A stretch of 34,326 nucleotides of DNA from a virus (IMGVR_UViG_3300045988_024975:1-34326); one strand, 5' to 3'. Numbered from the stretch's first letter, positions 8,745 through 17,088 are shown. Made by a program: numbers and translations. Notes: generated by a model from the letters alone, not told the origin.

Positions 8745-9114
8745 TAGCCTCTTCCTCCTGCATCAAATCCGAATATGGATTAAAATAGCCAATTCGATTC
8801 CCGACACCAAGGATTTTCTTATCCAATTTAGTCAGATACAATTCGCCACTTCCATTTGCATTTGTCCAGGTCTGCGAATATACCATTGCTGTCGTAGTTG
8901 TCTGTGTCGTTCCAATAGGTACACCTTCCTCTCTGCTTCCGAGTGTCCGGATAACCATATTACATGACACTAATTTCTTTGCCTCGTCTGTAGCATTGCG
9001 GTTATATGCATCAATGATGATCGCTGCATCCTCTAAGAGTGCCGTTACATAATCTGTATCCGAAATATCTGTTCCTTTTCGTCTCCAAATATCCTCGATT
9101 GATGCGTATATCAT
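8737..9114 (-). CDS. Head-tail connector protein (gp6-like)
   Basis: 125-aa ORF, the first of the connector genes after the capsid region. The N-terminal helical pattern IEDIWRR...ALLEDAAIIIDAY fits this family. Confidence 0.65.
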   Translation of the reverse strand: MIYASIEDIWRRKGTDISDTDYVTALLEDAAIIIDAYNRNATDEAKKLVSCNMVIRTLGSREEGVPIGTTQTTTTAMVYSQTWTNANGSGELYLTKLDKKILGVGNRIGYFNPYSDLMQEEEAND

Positions 9115-9122
9115 TGTATCAC

Positions 9123-9404
9123 CTACTTTTTCGCTGTTTGCGTTCTCTTTCTGGTGTTCTTAGCTGATGCCTCTTTCTTTGCTTCGACTGGTTCTTCTAT
9201 ATCTGGAATCACTGAGTCTTCTGTCGGTTCTTCGAGTTCTTCCACAGGTTCTTCTGTATTTTCGGCTTCTGCAACTCCTGTTTCTGTTTCGCTATCCTCG
9301 ATCAAATCCTCGGTTTTTTCTTCAATAATCAGCTTAAACATTGTGGAGTCTAACACATCGTCAGACTCCACTACTATTCCAGTTTGTTTGTATAAATATT
9401 TCAT
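9123..9404 (-). CDS. Hypothetical acidic protein with a basic tail
   Basis: 93-aa ORF following the capsid gene. It has a long Glu/Asp/Pro-rich low-complexity segment and ends KNTRKRTQTAKK. Confidence 0.6.
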   Translation of the reverse strand: MKYLYKQTGIVVESDDVLDSTMFKLIIEEKTEDLIEDSETETGVAEAENTEEPVEELEEPTEDSVIPDIEEPVEAKKEASAKNTRKRTQTAKK

Positions 9405-9405
9405 A

Positions 9406-10302
9406 TTACCCTTCCGCCTTCACGATCTTTGTAAATGCTGCCTGATCCATGATTCCAATTCCATATACAATTTCTGCACGAATTGCGATCTGATTCTGTC
9501 TCTGCAGATCTCCAAGTCCATCCGGATCACCGTATTCGATCAAGTGAGCGCCAATGGATCTCTGTACTCCCCATCTAAACGCATCAAACTGTCCTACGAT
9601 TCCAAGTAACTTCGTATCTGGTGTGATTTCATTTTTTGCTGAAACTGTATCAGATACTGCTGCCTGCATTCCAGAGAAGTTAGTGAGGTTCTGCCCGAAT
9701 CCGATTTCCGGATAAATCTTCCTTCCGTTTGCATCTCTCATTGTGGAAAGGCCAAATGAAAGAGTAGGATCCATTGCAATTCCGCTTGGAGTGTATCCGG
9801 ATGAGATGATTACTCCTGCTGCCGCTTCAATTGCATCATCGTATTTTGCTTCTTTCAGCTGGACAGACTGTGTTGTATCGATTAATCCTTCTTTTACCAT
9901 ATCTGATACTGTTCCGGTAAGTGGATTGATTTTGTGGATACCTACAAGGTCAAGTGCTCTTCCAAGAGCGATACCTGCATTAGATGCAAGATCCTGAAGG
10001 ACTCCGATCTGTACATCTTCATCCGCCCACTGCACTTCCTGTGAAAATCTCATGGTAACCTGCAGTTTAAACGGATTAACTGTCTTAGCTGCATATGTTG
10101 TCGGAGTTGGTGACTTCTTTCCGCCTTCGCCTACCAGTTCCGCTTTCGGTGGTGCAGTTAATACCCACACCTGCTGCTTTCCAAACTTCTGCGGTCTTGC
10201 TCCGGATAACTGTGACAGAGTAGAACCTTTCTGTGCTTTTTCAAAAATCCCCTGTGAAATCTCAGCAGGGATTGTAAAATCTGTACTAAGTAATGCTGCC
10301 AT
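9406..10302 (-). CDS. Major capsid protein (HK97 fold)
   Basis: 298-aa ORF with an AAAGGAG RBS, following the scaffold gene. Its sequence style is typical of the phage capsid family (by recall). Confidence 0.85.
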   Translation of the reverse strand: MAALLSTDFTIPAEISQGIFEKAQKGSTLSQLSGARPQKFGKQQVWVLTAPPKAELVGEGGKKSPTPTTYAAKTVNPFKLQVTMRFSQEVQWADEDVQIGVLQDLASNAGIALGRALDLVGIHKINPLTGTVSDMVKEGLIDTTQSVQLKEAKYDDAIEAAAGVIISSGYTPSGIAMDPTLSFGLSTMRDANGRKIYPEIGFGQNLTNFSGMQAAVSDTVSAKNEITPDTKLLGIVGQFDAFRWGVQRSIGAHLIEYGDPDGLGDLQRQNQIAIRAEIVYGIGIMDQAAFTKIVKAEG

Positions 10303-10305
10303 ACT

Positions 10306-10752
10306 TTATTCTCCTTTTCCAAATATCTGATGCGCAAATTCTCGCATCGCATCGTCTGCTTCATGGTGTTCCGTAATCTTTTTTGTGTTACTTCTTGTTC
10401 CCGGGTAATTCTTTGGCTTTGCAAATTTCAAAATTGCTTCTGCCTGTTTCTTGCAAGATTCTTCATCTTCGCCAGTAAGAAGCTCTGCCGGAACACTTGT
10501 ATCTTTCGCTACTTTTTCTCTTACCTGTCTAACAGTGCCTTCTTTTTCAAGTGCTGTGAGTTTTGCCTGAAGCGCATCGGACTTCTCTTTTTCCTTCTGA
10601 AGCTCCGTCTTGCTCTGCTCCTGGTACTCATCGTACTTGCTTGCTTTTGCTCTTAAGTCTTCATAATCTGCATATTTCTGTCGCTCTCTTGCGAGACGTC
10701 CTTCAATAATTGAATCTAATTCTTCCTGAGTAAAAGTCTTTTCGTTTTCCAT
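10306..10752 (-). CDS. Capsid scaffolding protein
   Basis: 148-aa charged coiled-coil ORF (FTQEELDSIIEGRLARERQKY...) directly upstream of the capsid gene. Confidence 0.8.
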   Translation of the reverse strand: MENEKTFTQEELDSIIEGRLARERQKYADYEDLRAKASKYDEYQEQSKTELQKEKEKSDALQAKLTALEKEGTVRQVREKVAKDTSVPAELLTGEDEESCKKQAEAILKFAKPKNYPGTRSNTKKITEHHEADDAMREFAHQIFGKGE

Positions 10753-10814
10753 ATCTGTATATCCTTCATAGAGTAATTGTTATCGTTGTTTCCCTCATTT
10801 AAGGCATGCGTTGC

Positions 10815-10841
10815 CATAAAAATAACACGCATTTCTGCGTG
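10815..10841 (-). terminator. Intrinsic terminator (minus sense)
   Basis: Stem CACGCA / TGCGTG (10826-10841) with a 4-nt loop, followed in the minus sense by TTATTTTTAT. Confidence 0.55.
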
Positions 10842-10855
10842 CTAGAATTATCCAT

Positions 10856-11140
10856 TTATTCTTCTACGTGACATGTATTAGTTAATTTCCCATACACATC
10901 TTCATACAACTCCTGTTTATCACCATTATATGTGTACTCCGCATAGATTCCATCACCACTTACGGTAGTTGATGCAAGACATTTATAATTCTGCAAAGTT
11001 TTACATGACCAAACAATAAATACGTTACTTAAATCAATCGGTGGTGTCTGCGGAGTATTTGCCTGTCCATTATTGTTGTACCATTCAACAAGTTTCTTTT
11101 TACATACACTCTGAAAGTGATCCATTCCTGTGATAATCAT
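10856..11140 (-). CDS. Hypothetical protein
   Basis: I prefer the ATG at 11140 (MIITGMDHFQSV...), which has an AGGAGG RBS. The track start at 11185 has no RBS. Confidence 0.65.
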   Translation of the reverse strand: MIITGMDHFQSVCKKKLVEWYNNNGQANTPQTPPIDLSNVFIVWSCKTLQNYKCLASTTVSGDGIYAEYTYNGDKQELYEDVYGKLTNTCHVEE

Positions 11141-11142
11141 GA

Positions 11143-11271
11143 TTAAGCCTCCTGTTCTGGCTGAACATTTCCGCAGCCACGGCAATATGTCTTTCCATCA
11201 ACTTCTTTTGTACACATACAGTTGTATACTTCATCGCATTTCGTTTCATTTACTTCTATATAATCTTTCAT
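11143..11271 (-). CDS. Cys-rich miniprotein, 42 aa (possible zinc ribbon)
   Basis: Not in the ORF track because it is too short. GAGGAG RBS. The sequence MKDYIEVNETKCDEVYNCMCTKEVDGKTYCRGCGNVQPEQEA has five Cys, including CxC and CxxC. It fills the gap between two genes exactly. Confidence 0.45.
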   Translation of the reverse strand: MKDYIEVNETKCDEVYNCMCTKEVDGKTYCRGCGNVQPEQEA

Positions 11272-11277
11272 ATTTTT

Positions 11278-11601
11278 CTACTCCTCATAAATAATATCCA
11301 AACCATACGCAACCGCAGCATCGTGCTCAATCTTGCATCCTCTTGCATTCTCCCAGCCTTTGCAGAAGTACGCTGCATGACACAAAGACATATTCTCTAA
11401 GGACTTAGCAAGAAAACACAATGGAATCTGAACTACTCCACGTTCTTTCATAGATTCATTGCTGTACCATTCATCTGTAAAAAGAGTATTCACAACTTCA
11501 TATCCTTTTTCTTCAAGAATCTTAATTGCTTTCTCTCTTGTTGCTACGATTTCTTCATCAGTCTTTCCAGCCATTGGCTGACTCAGCATTGCTTTTTTCA
11601 T
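11278..11601 (-). CDS. DUF4406 / nucleoside 2-deoxyribosyltransferase-like protein
   Basis: 107 aa. The N-terminus LSQPMAGKTDEE and C-terminus FCKGWENARGCKIEHDAAVAYGLDIIYE match my recollection of the DUF4406 pattern (PMTG...GWExSxGxxxE). Confidence 0.55.
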   Translation of the reverse strand: MKKAMLSQPMAGKTDEEIVATREKAIKILEEKGYEVVNTLFTDEWYSNESMKERGVVQIPLCFLAKSLENMSLCHAAYFCKGWENARGCKIEHDAAVAYGLDIIYEE

Positions 11602-11630
11602 TTTTTATTCTCTCTTTCTTAAAAATAGAC

Positions 11631-11666
11631 ATAAAAATACCACCAACCATTTCTGATCAGTGGTAT
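11631..11666 (-). terminator. Intrinsic terminator (minus sense)
   Basis: Minus-sense hairpin ATACCACTGATC-agaaat-GGTTGGTGGTAT (12 bp including 3 G-U pairs, which would be A-C mismatches in the plus sense), followed by TTTTTAT. Confidence 0.6.
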
Positions 11667-11706
11667 CTACTGCTCTTGTTATTTTATAGTCCGCATTCAA
11701 ATGATG

Positions 11707-11922
11707 TTAATCAATTATTATTTTCGGTTTAGGATACTTTTTAGGCACTTGCGTACCATATTTTTTAATTGTGTAATCATAATTATCGGCTACACTTTTC
11801 AATAGATCATCCGCATATTTAGACTGATCAAAATCGATTTCATTCGGAATCTGAGGACAATATCCAAAATGAAGTACAAAATCCTTATGCGCTTTTTCAA
11901 ACTTTGGGTTTAGAACATTCAT
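11707..11922 (-). CDS. Hypothetical protein (71 aa) downstream of the metallopeptidase
   Basis: AAGGAGG RBS. The start follows the upstream stop directly. Confidence 0.65.
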   Translation of the reverse strand: MNVLNPKFEKAHKDFVLHFGYCPQIPNEIDFDQSKYADDLLKSVADNYDYTIKKYGTQVPKKYPKPKIIID

Positions 11923-12585
11923 TTACAACGCCTCCTTCATCTTTTTTTCAAAATATTCCAATGCATTTGGAAAATATTTTTTCATTTGTTCATATCTTTC
12001 TTTATCAAACTGTGCTTCAAACATATGTGCAAAAGCCTCGGATGTAACATTGTCCCGGTTTTTCCAATATTCCTTCGGATGTGATGCACATCCAATTATA
12101 TTGCCTTGTGTTACACCATCAAAAAGATCTGATATTGCCGAATCTTTTCGCATATCTCCAAGTTCTTCACTAATGGCTTTATCAACTTTATCAAAAGTAC
12201 CCAAATGATGTGCTTTACCATATGCTATACGATATGACAACGAATCACTTTCCAGTAACTGAATAAAATTCTTATCATCTGATAGATTTCCAGCTAAATC
12301 ATCAACTAAATGACCGTGTTCATGGAACCATGTAGCTCCAGCTCCACGTGGATTCTTTAAATCTGCGCCATAATTCATGGATATCTTTTTCGTTTTAGTA
12401 TTATAGTGCGCCGTATTTTCATACACAGCATTTTCAATGCTATCACCCGAAGCATATTTTGTGAATAGTCGTTTGGCATCGTCTGTACCATGTGAAAATT
12501 TATCCTTTAGACAGTCGTAATATTCTTTGTCCATATTGCCGTCACTGCGAAGTTTTTGTTTAAACATTCCTAAATCTGATTCCAT
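11923..12585 (-). CDS. Zincin-type metallopeptidase (HExxH), a MuF-associated polyvalent-protein-like module
   Basis: 220 aa containing WFHEHGHLVD (an HExxH motif) and a downstream SEAFAHMFE. It has a TAATG overlap with the MuF gene. Confidence 0.6.
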   Translation of the reverse strand: MESDLGMFKQKLRSDGNMDKEYYDCLKDKFSHGTDDAKRLFTKYASGDSIENAVYENTAHYNTKTKKISMNYGADLKNPRGAGATWFHEHGHLVDDLAGNLSDDKNFIQLLESDSLSYRIAYGKAHHLGTFDKVDKAISEELGDMRKDSAISDLFDGVTQGNIIGCASHPKEYWKNRDNVTSEAFAHMFEAQFDKERYEQMKKYFPNALEYFEKKMKEAL

Positions 12586-13313
12586 TATAGCAGAACGGGA
12601 GTCTTTTCAATAGTTTTTGCCTTCCTTTTCGCATACAATTCTCGTTTTCTCGCGTTAATAGCCTCCTTATTTTCCTTGTACCGAATCCTCCGCATGGCAT
12701 TGATATCACCACCAGCATTGTTATACTCTTCTAGGTATTTGTCCGGATCATATCCAGCAACTGTACTCTTTCCGTCAAATCTGACTGCATACTCACAATC
12801 GCAATGCGCATGGATGTGTTCGGCGTGTCCATTCCTAAGAGCTTTCTTCGATATGTTCTGCCATCCTCTGGATGCCAATGTAATGCAAAACGCACATGTG
12901 TCCCGATGCGGTACCCACGCAAACTGCGCACCGTCTCGCATTGCATTTTTTAAAGTAGTGTCCGCTCCGACCTGCTTTACTAATCTTGCTATCGTTGACG
13001 GAACATTTGTCTGAGACTGCTTCATGGTTCCATGAACTGCTTTTGCTACTTCTCCATATTCCGGAAGGTCTGCAATCTCCGCTGTCGGAACAACTACTCC
13101 CTGTGCCGATGCCGTAGCTTCGTACATCTTACAAGACAGAGCGCCGATAGCCTGTCCGTAACGCTGTGATAATGCAAAAGCATAATCCAGAAGAGCCTTA
13201 TCATCCGCAAAACCATGCTTCTGAACATATGCCTGCATCAGATCTGCTGCCTTCTGACTAATCTGTGACATCTTCGTTATGTATTCCAGCCATGCCTTCT
13301 CCGTTATCTGCAT
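12585..13313 (-). CDS. Head morphogenesis protein (SPP1 gp7 / Mu F family)
   Basis: Carries the DTCAFCITLASRGW...HAHCDCEYAV motif. The ATG at 13313 has a GGAGG RBS 9 nt upstream. The track start at 13319 is a TTG only 3 nt from that RBS. Confidence 0.8.
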   Translation of the reverse strand: MQITEKAWLEYITKMSQISQKAADLMQAYVQKHGFADDKALLDYAFALSQRYGQAIGALSCKMYEATASAQGVVVPTAEIADLPEYGEVAKAVHGTMKQSQTNVPSTIARLVKQVGADTTLKNAMRDGAQFAWVPHRDTCAFCITLASRGWQNISKKALRNGHAEHIHAHCDCEYAVRFDGKSTVAGYDPDKYLEEYNNAGGDINAMRRIRYKENKEAINARKRELYAKRKAKTIEKTPVLL

Positions 13314-14691
13314 TTTCAAATTCCTCCGTCAAGATACTGTCACCTTTTGCCCTCTGTTCCTGTGCTCGGATTCTGCGGATATCTGCCTGATCGAATCCAA
13401 TCATTTCAAGAAAGATGTCTGTGTCTGCAAACCCCTGTCTCGCTGTTGCAATCTTAAGAGCTGCATCTGTAGTAGATGCTATGCTAGGCATTGCCGGATT
13501 CTTAAAATGTGCAATGATATCTTCACTTTCTTCCGGCAGATCATCCGGAGTTGTTCCAAGCTCTATTGCAAGTGCCATCTTAGCGATCCTGTGCAATGCA
13601 TCCCCGTTTGACCTGTTTAATTGCTCTGCCATAAGAATCAGAGTCTGTGACTGTGCTATAATCGCTTCACTCGATGTTGGATTTGCATCATTTACCACTC
13701 CAACATCTGTCACAGCTAATCCAGTAGCTGCAGAATACTGTGTGGCCAACATCCGAAGCATCTGTACATGAGGCTCTATATTTCCTTGAGAGAGCTGGCC
13801 AAAATTAGGCTTTTCTCCTGTCTCCGGATTGTTCGTGCTGTACAGAATACTTCCGACATACTGTTTGAATTTATCGTCAACCAGTGCATCGTACTGTTCA
13901 TCAGACACACCTAATAAATACTTCTGTGGTGAGGTTGCGAATTCCAATCCGATCGTTGCATTTGCCACTGTTCTTACGTATCCCTGTATCAGACGGCGAA
14001 TCGGCTCTTTCAACCTTGACTGGCCGAAAGGCTTATCGTTGGTTGCATCCCAGATCAGCGCAACCATGAGTGGTTCTCCGAAATCATGTGGATTTCGTGT
14101 CGCATACCATGTCCCGCCCTCACGATCCAGTTCCCAAATATCTGTATCCGTGTAAAAATTCACGTGTTCGGGACTCCATGTAACGTCCGACTCATCCCTC
14201 CTGTTATCTTCAAAAGCAAATCCGTATTTTATCCTGCCTTCTTTAGCATTCCAAGAAGCTGCCGCACAGTGCGGAGAATAGAATCGAACTCTTGCATCGT
14301 CTTGCTGGCCGGATACTGCCGCAAAAGCGCATCCGTACTTTAATTCTTCCTTCACTGCTTTGTTATACTCGGCAATAAGATGATTTCTTTTCATGATCTG
14401 GTCCATATCATCTGACTTCATGCCATTTTCTGTAACAAATCCATCAAACATTGACCTTCCGGCAAGAACATCTACTGTCTTTGCTCCCCATGCACAGCCA
14501 ATCTCAAGCTTTCCCAATCCGGCCGGCAATGCAATTCCAAGATTTACCTCGTTAAGTGTAACCTTGCCATTGTAGTAGCGTTTCTTTTTTCTGTTCGCTG
14601 TCCGATGGTAATCGTAAATATATTTCAATTCGTTCAGCCACTGCTGTTCTTCCAGCGGCAGTCCTATCACCATTCCAAAATTTAATTCCAT
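13258..14691 (-). CDS. Portal protein (SPP1 gp6-like)
   Basis: 477 aa lying between TerL and MuF, with a TAATG overlap to TerL. Its C-terminal 56 nt overlap the MuF start. Confidence 0.85.
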   Translation of the reverse strand: MELNFGMVIGLPLEEQQWLNELKYIYDYHRTANRKKKRYYNGKVTLNEVNLGIALPAGLGKLEIGCAWGAKTVDVLAGRSMFDGFVTENGMKSDDMDQIMKRNHLIAEYNKAVKEELKYGCAFAAVSGQQDDARVRFYSPHCAAASWNAKEGRIKYGFAFEDNRRDESDVTWSPEHVNFYTDTDIWELDREGGTWYATRNPHDFGEPLMVALIWDATNDKPFGQSRLKEPIRRLIQGYVRTVANATIGLEFATSPQKYLLGVSDEQYDALVDDKFKQYVGSILYSTNNPETGEKPNFGQLSQGNIEPHVQMLRMLATQYSAATGLAVTDVGVVNDANPTSSEAIIAQSQTLILMAEQLNRSNGDALHRIAKMALAIELGTTPDDLPEESEDIIAHFKNPAMPSIASTTDAALKIATARQGFADTDIFLEMIGFDQADIRRIRAQEQRAKGDSILTEEFENADNGEGMAGIHNEDVTD

Positions 14692-16124
14692 TATCCTATC
14701 CTCATCTTTCTATTCGGATTTCGTTTCGAAGTTCTACATCCCCATAGTGCCAATGCGGCCGCTTCAATCGGTGTGGAATTATCTCCACCAAATCCCCAGC
14801 CACCCGATATTGGCCTTTTTACAGACGTAACGGCTGATTCCGAGAGAATCTCTTGATATTTGTACCAAGTTACTGTCTGCTCATTGATTTCCTGTTCCAA
14901 CTGACTTGCCGATGCAATCACATCTTTCGCGGATGGCCGTATTATTGACTGCTTATATTTCCATATCGGAGCAATTTTCTCTACCAGGAAATCCACACCA
15001 TTCCTTCCGTCTATCACTACGCACGATGCCGTCTTATATCTCTGGTTAAGCCAATCAGCCAGCCACTGGATTCCTCTATCTGTCGGTTTTATCTCGATCA
15101 GAGATATTCTTGCTTCTTCCGACTCAGGACATACAGCTCCGCATAATGCAACCAAGGATCCATCTGCTGAGAACTTAATCCCATAAGCTGTTTTACCTTC
15201 CGGCTTTCCTTTTTCTGAAGCACATGCTTCCCATTTCTTTTTATCAATAGCATAATCTTGATCGTTGTTTATCGGTGACCACCAGCCAAGACGCTCTCTT
15301 GCGAATGTATCTTCATCCATCTGTTCGCACTCTGCAGCTATTGTTGTTTCTGTCATTCGTCTTCCAAGCGCAGGATTGCATGCCGCCCAACGTGTCCGAT
15401 CAGTGACATTTCCAATCTCTTCAACCGAATATTCCGTCCATGCCGTAGAATTGCTTTCTCCATTTCTAGCACGTTCTCTGATTTTTCGAAATACAGTGCC
15501 GGTGCAGTTTTCGTCCGGTGGTGTTCCGAGATAGATTGTCTGCGGATTTTTTGATGCAGAAATAGCAGGCAAAAAAGATGCCTGCTGCTCACTCGTTAAT
15601 TCCTGTGCCTCATCAAAGACCAAGCAGTCTCCGTGCAATCCACGTCCTCCATTCCTGGTCCTTGCTACGAATACAACTCTGCCGCCATTTTTTAGTATGA
15701 TCTGTTCTCTCCCAAGAGCCGACTTGATTTCTTTTACATATTTTCTAAGTCCTCTCGTTTCAAAAAGTCCCTTGATTTCCATGAATGTTTCTGTTGCTGT
15801 CTTCTGCAGGTGCGCTGTATATATCACCCATTCCGAATACATAATCATTCCGGATGTAATTCTTCCGGATGTATCCAGTGTTTTTCCATTCTGTCTAGGT
15901 ACGGACAATCCACATGTTGGAGCTGACCATATTTCTTCTTCTGTTCGCCCCATCCAGTCATTCAGCACTTCGCTCTGCCACGGATCCACGATCAGCTTTC
16001 CGACTGCAAGAACCTTTACTGCGTCAGCTCCATCTGTATAAGCGTAATCCGGAGCAATTCTAACGGACGGCGTCTGGCTTCCCATCAGCTTTCCGTGCTG
16101 AGAGGATCTCTCCGATTTCGTCAT
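14691..16124 (-). CDS. terL: Terminase large subunit
   Basis: 477 aa. The ATG at 16124 has a GGAGAA RBS 5 nt upstream. Contains Walker-like GLSVPRQNGKT and DCLVFDEAQ motifs. Overlaps TerS by 65 nt. Confidence 0.9.
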   Translation of the reverse strand: MTKSERSSQHGKLMGSQTPSVRIAPDYAYTDGADAVKVLAVGKLIVDPWQSEVLNDWMGRTEEEIWSAPTCGLSVPRQNGKTLDTSGRITSGMIMYSEWVIYTAHLQKTATETFMEIKGLFETRGLRKYVKEIKSALGREQIILKNGGRVVFVARTRNGGRGLHGDCLVFDEAQELTSEQQASFLPAISASKNPQTIYLGTPPDENCTGTVFRKIRERARNGESNSTAWTEYSVEEIGNVTDRTRWAACNPALGRRMTETTIAAECEQMDEDTFARERLGWWSPINNDQDYAIDKKKWEACASEKGKPEGKTAYGIKFSADGSLVALCGAVCPESEEARISLIEIKPTDRGIQWLADWLNQRYKTASCVVIDGRNGVDFLVEKIAPIWKYKQSIIRPSAKDVIASASQLEQEINEQTVTWYKYQEILSESAVTSVKRPISGGWGFGGDNSTPIEAAALALWGCRTSKRNPNRKMRIG

Positions 16125-16329
16125 CGTCTTTCTCCATTCCTCTTATCTCTTCAATTTCCTTAATTGTTTCACGGTATTGCTTTGATAGCTGCGGCATATT
16201 TTTCGCTCCGTCAGCATCTCCCTCTGAACATAAATCAATCTGTTTTGCCAGGATTAATGCCAGATTTTCCAACTGTTCCAAGCGATTTCCATTGCTGGCC
16301 ACAGTAGCCATTTTCTTTCTTCTTGCCAT
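16060..16329 (-). CDS. terS: Putative terminase small subunit
   Basis: 89-aa helical ORF between the HNH gene and TerL. Assigned by position only. Confidence 0.5.
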   Translation of the reverse strand: MARRKKMATVASNGNRLEQLENLALILAKQIDLCSEGDADGAKNMPQLSKQYRETIKEIEEIRGMEKDDDEIGEILSARKADGKPDAVR

Positions 16330-16394
16330 AAAATCCTACCCTCGAAAAAATCTTTGTGTGTAAATCGGCGCTGGACGGCTGGGGTAGCTTCGCA

Positions 16395-16432
16395 CACGTG
16401 GCGGGGTACCCTCCCCACCCCCTTTGGTTCCG
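16395..16432. other. Candidate cos / packaging recognition region (GC-rich tract)
   Basis: cacgtggcggggtaccctccccaccccctttgg contains the palindromes CACGTG and GGGTACCC. It lies between the HNH and terS genes and is unlike the surrounding composition. Confidence 0.3.
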
Positions 16433-16783
16433 TCACCAGGCACCATCTGTAACGTTCGTTTTAAGGCTTTGCTGACACCTTGATAATTCATTTAATGTTC
16501 GATTGCTTTTGGCCACATTACAGCAGTAATGAGCCGCCTGCAGGTTGTTCCAGTCCTGTGCTGCCGCTTCACGTGAGCTATAGCCAAACTCACGCCACCT
16601 TGACACCGGTTTGATTTCATCTATTACGAAAGACAATGGATGATTACTGTCACTTGGTTCATCATAATGTATCGGACCTAGCCTGCCTCTGCATATTCCA
16701 CACTCACCGCCTATTGCTTTCAGTCTTGCTCGGTGCTTTCTTCTTAGGTTGCCGTTCGCGCTTCTAGGGTTTCCTGCTGCCAT
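16433..16783 (-). CDS. HNH endonuclease (terminase-associated)
   Basis: 116 aa with CGICRG...IDEIKPVS...NLQAAHYCCNVAKSN (an HNH/zinc-finger pattern). It lies immediately upstream of terS/terL. Confidence 0.8.
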   Translation of the reverse strand: MAAGNPRSANGNLRRKHRARLKAIGGECGICRGRLGPIHYDEPSDSNHPLSFVIDEIKPVSRWREFGYSSREAAAQDWNNLQAAHYCCNVAKSNRTLNELSRCQQSLKTNVTDGAW

Positions 16784-16807
16784 ATATTTTTACCTTCTGT
16801 TCTACGA

Positions 16808-16879
16808 TGGACCATACATGAATCGAACATGTGACATACCGCTTATGAGGCGGTCGATCTACCACTGATCTAATGGTCC
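16808..16879 (-). tRNA. tRNA with CAU anticodon (elongator Met, or Ile2 if modified to lysidine)
   Basis: Folded by hand as a cloverleaf: acceptor GGACCAT/ATGGTCC, D stem GATC/GATC, anticodon stem ACCGC/GCGGT, anticodon loop CTCATAA, T stem ACATG/CATGT, T loop TTCGATT, discriminator A. No CCA is encoded. Confidence 0.9.
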
Positions 16880-17012
16880 GTATTATTGGCGGCTTATGTA
16901 TGCTAAAGAAAGGTTCAAAAAAATTCAATCACAACAAACATCAAGGGGGTTTTTATATATAAATCCTGAAAAGAGCAAGCCGCCTAATCTCTTCCCGGAA
17001 TTTATAGCAAAT

Positions 17013-17040
17013 AAAAAAGGTGATCTGTAATTAGACCACC
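17013..17040 (-). terminator. Intrinsic terminator (minus sense)
   Basis: Minus-sense GGTGGTCT-aattac-AGATCACC (8 bp including one G-U pair, which is A-C in the plus sense), followed by TTTTTT. Confidence 0.7.
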
Positions 17041-17065
17041 TCCTATTCTGCTTTATTTTATGCAT

Positions 17066-17088
17066 TAGAAAAGCACCTCGGAGGGTGC
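17066..17088 (-). terminator. Intrinsic terminator (minus sense, weaker)
   Basis: A 5-6 bp GC stem, gcacc(t)c/g(g)ggtgc, at 17073-17088, followed in the minus sense by TTTTCT. Confidence 0.45.

Noticed and set aside
16254-16436. A 60-aa minus-strand ORF across the HNH-terS spacer.
   Set aside because: It overlaps the terS start and runs through the GC-rich cos-like tract. It has no RBS. It is more likely to be non-coding packaging sequence.
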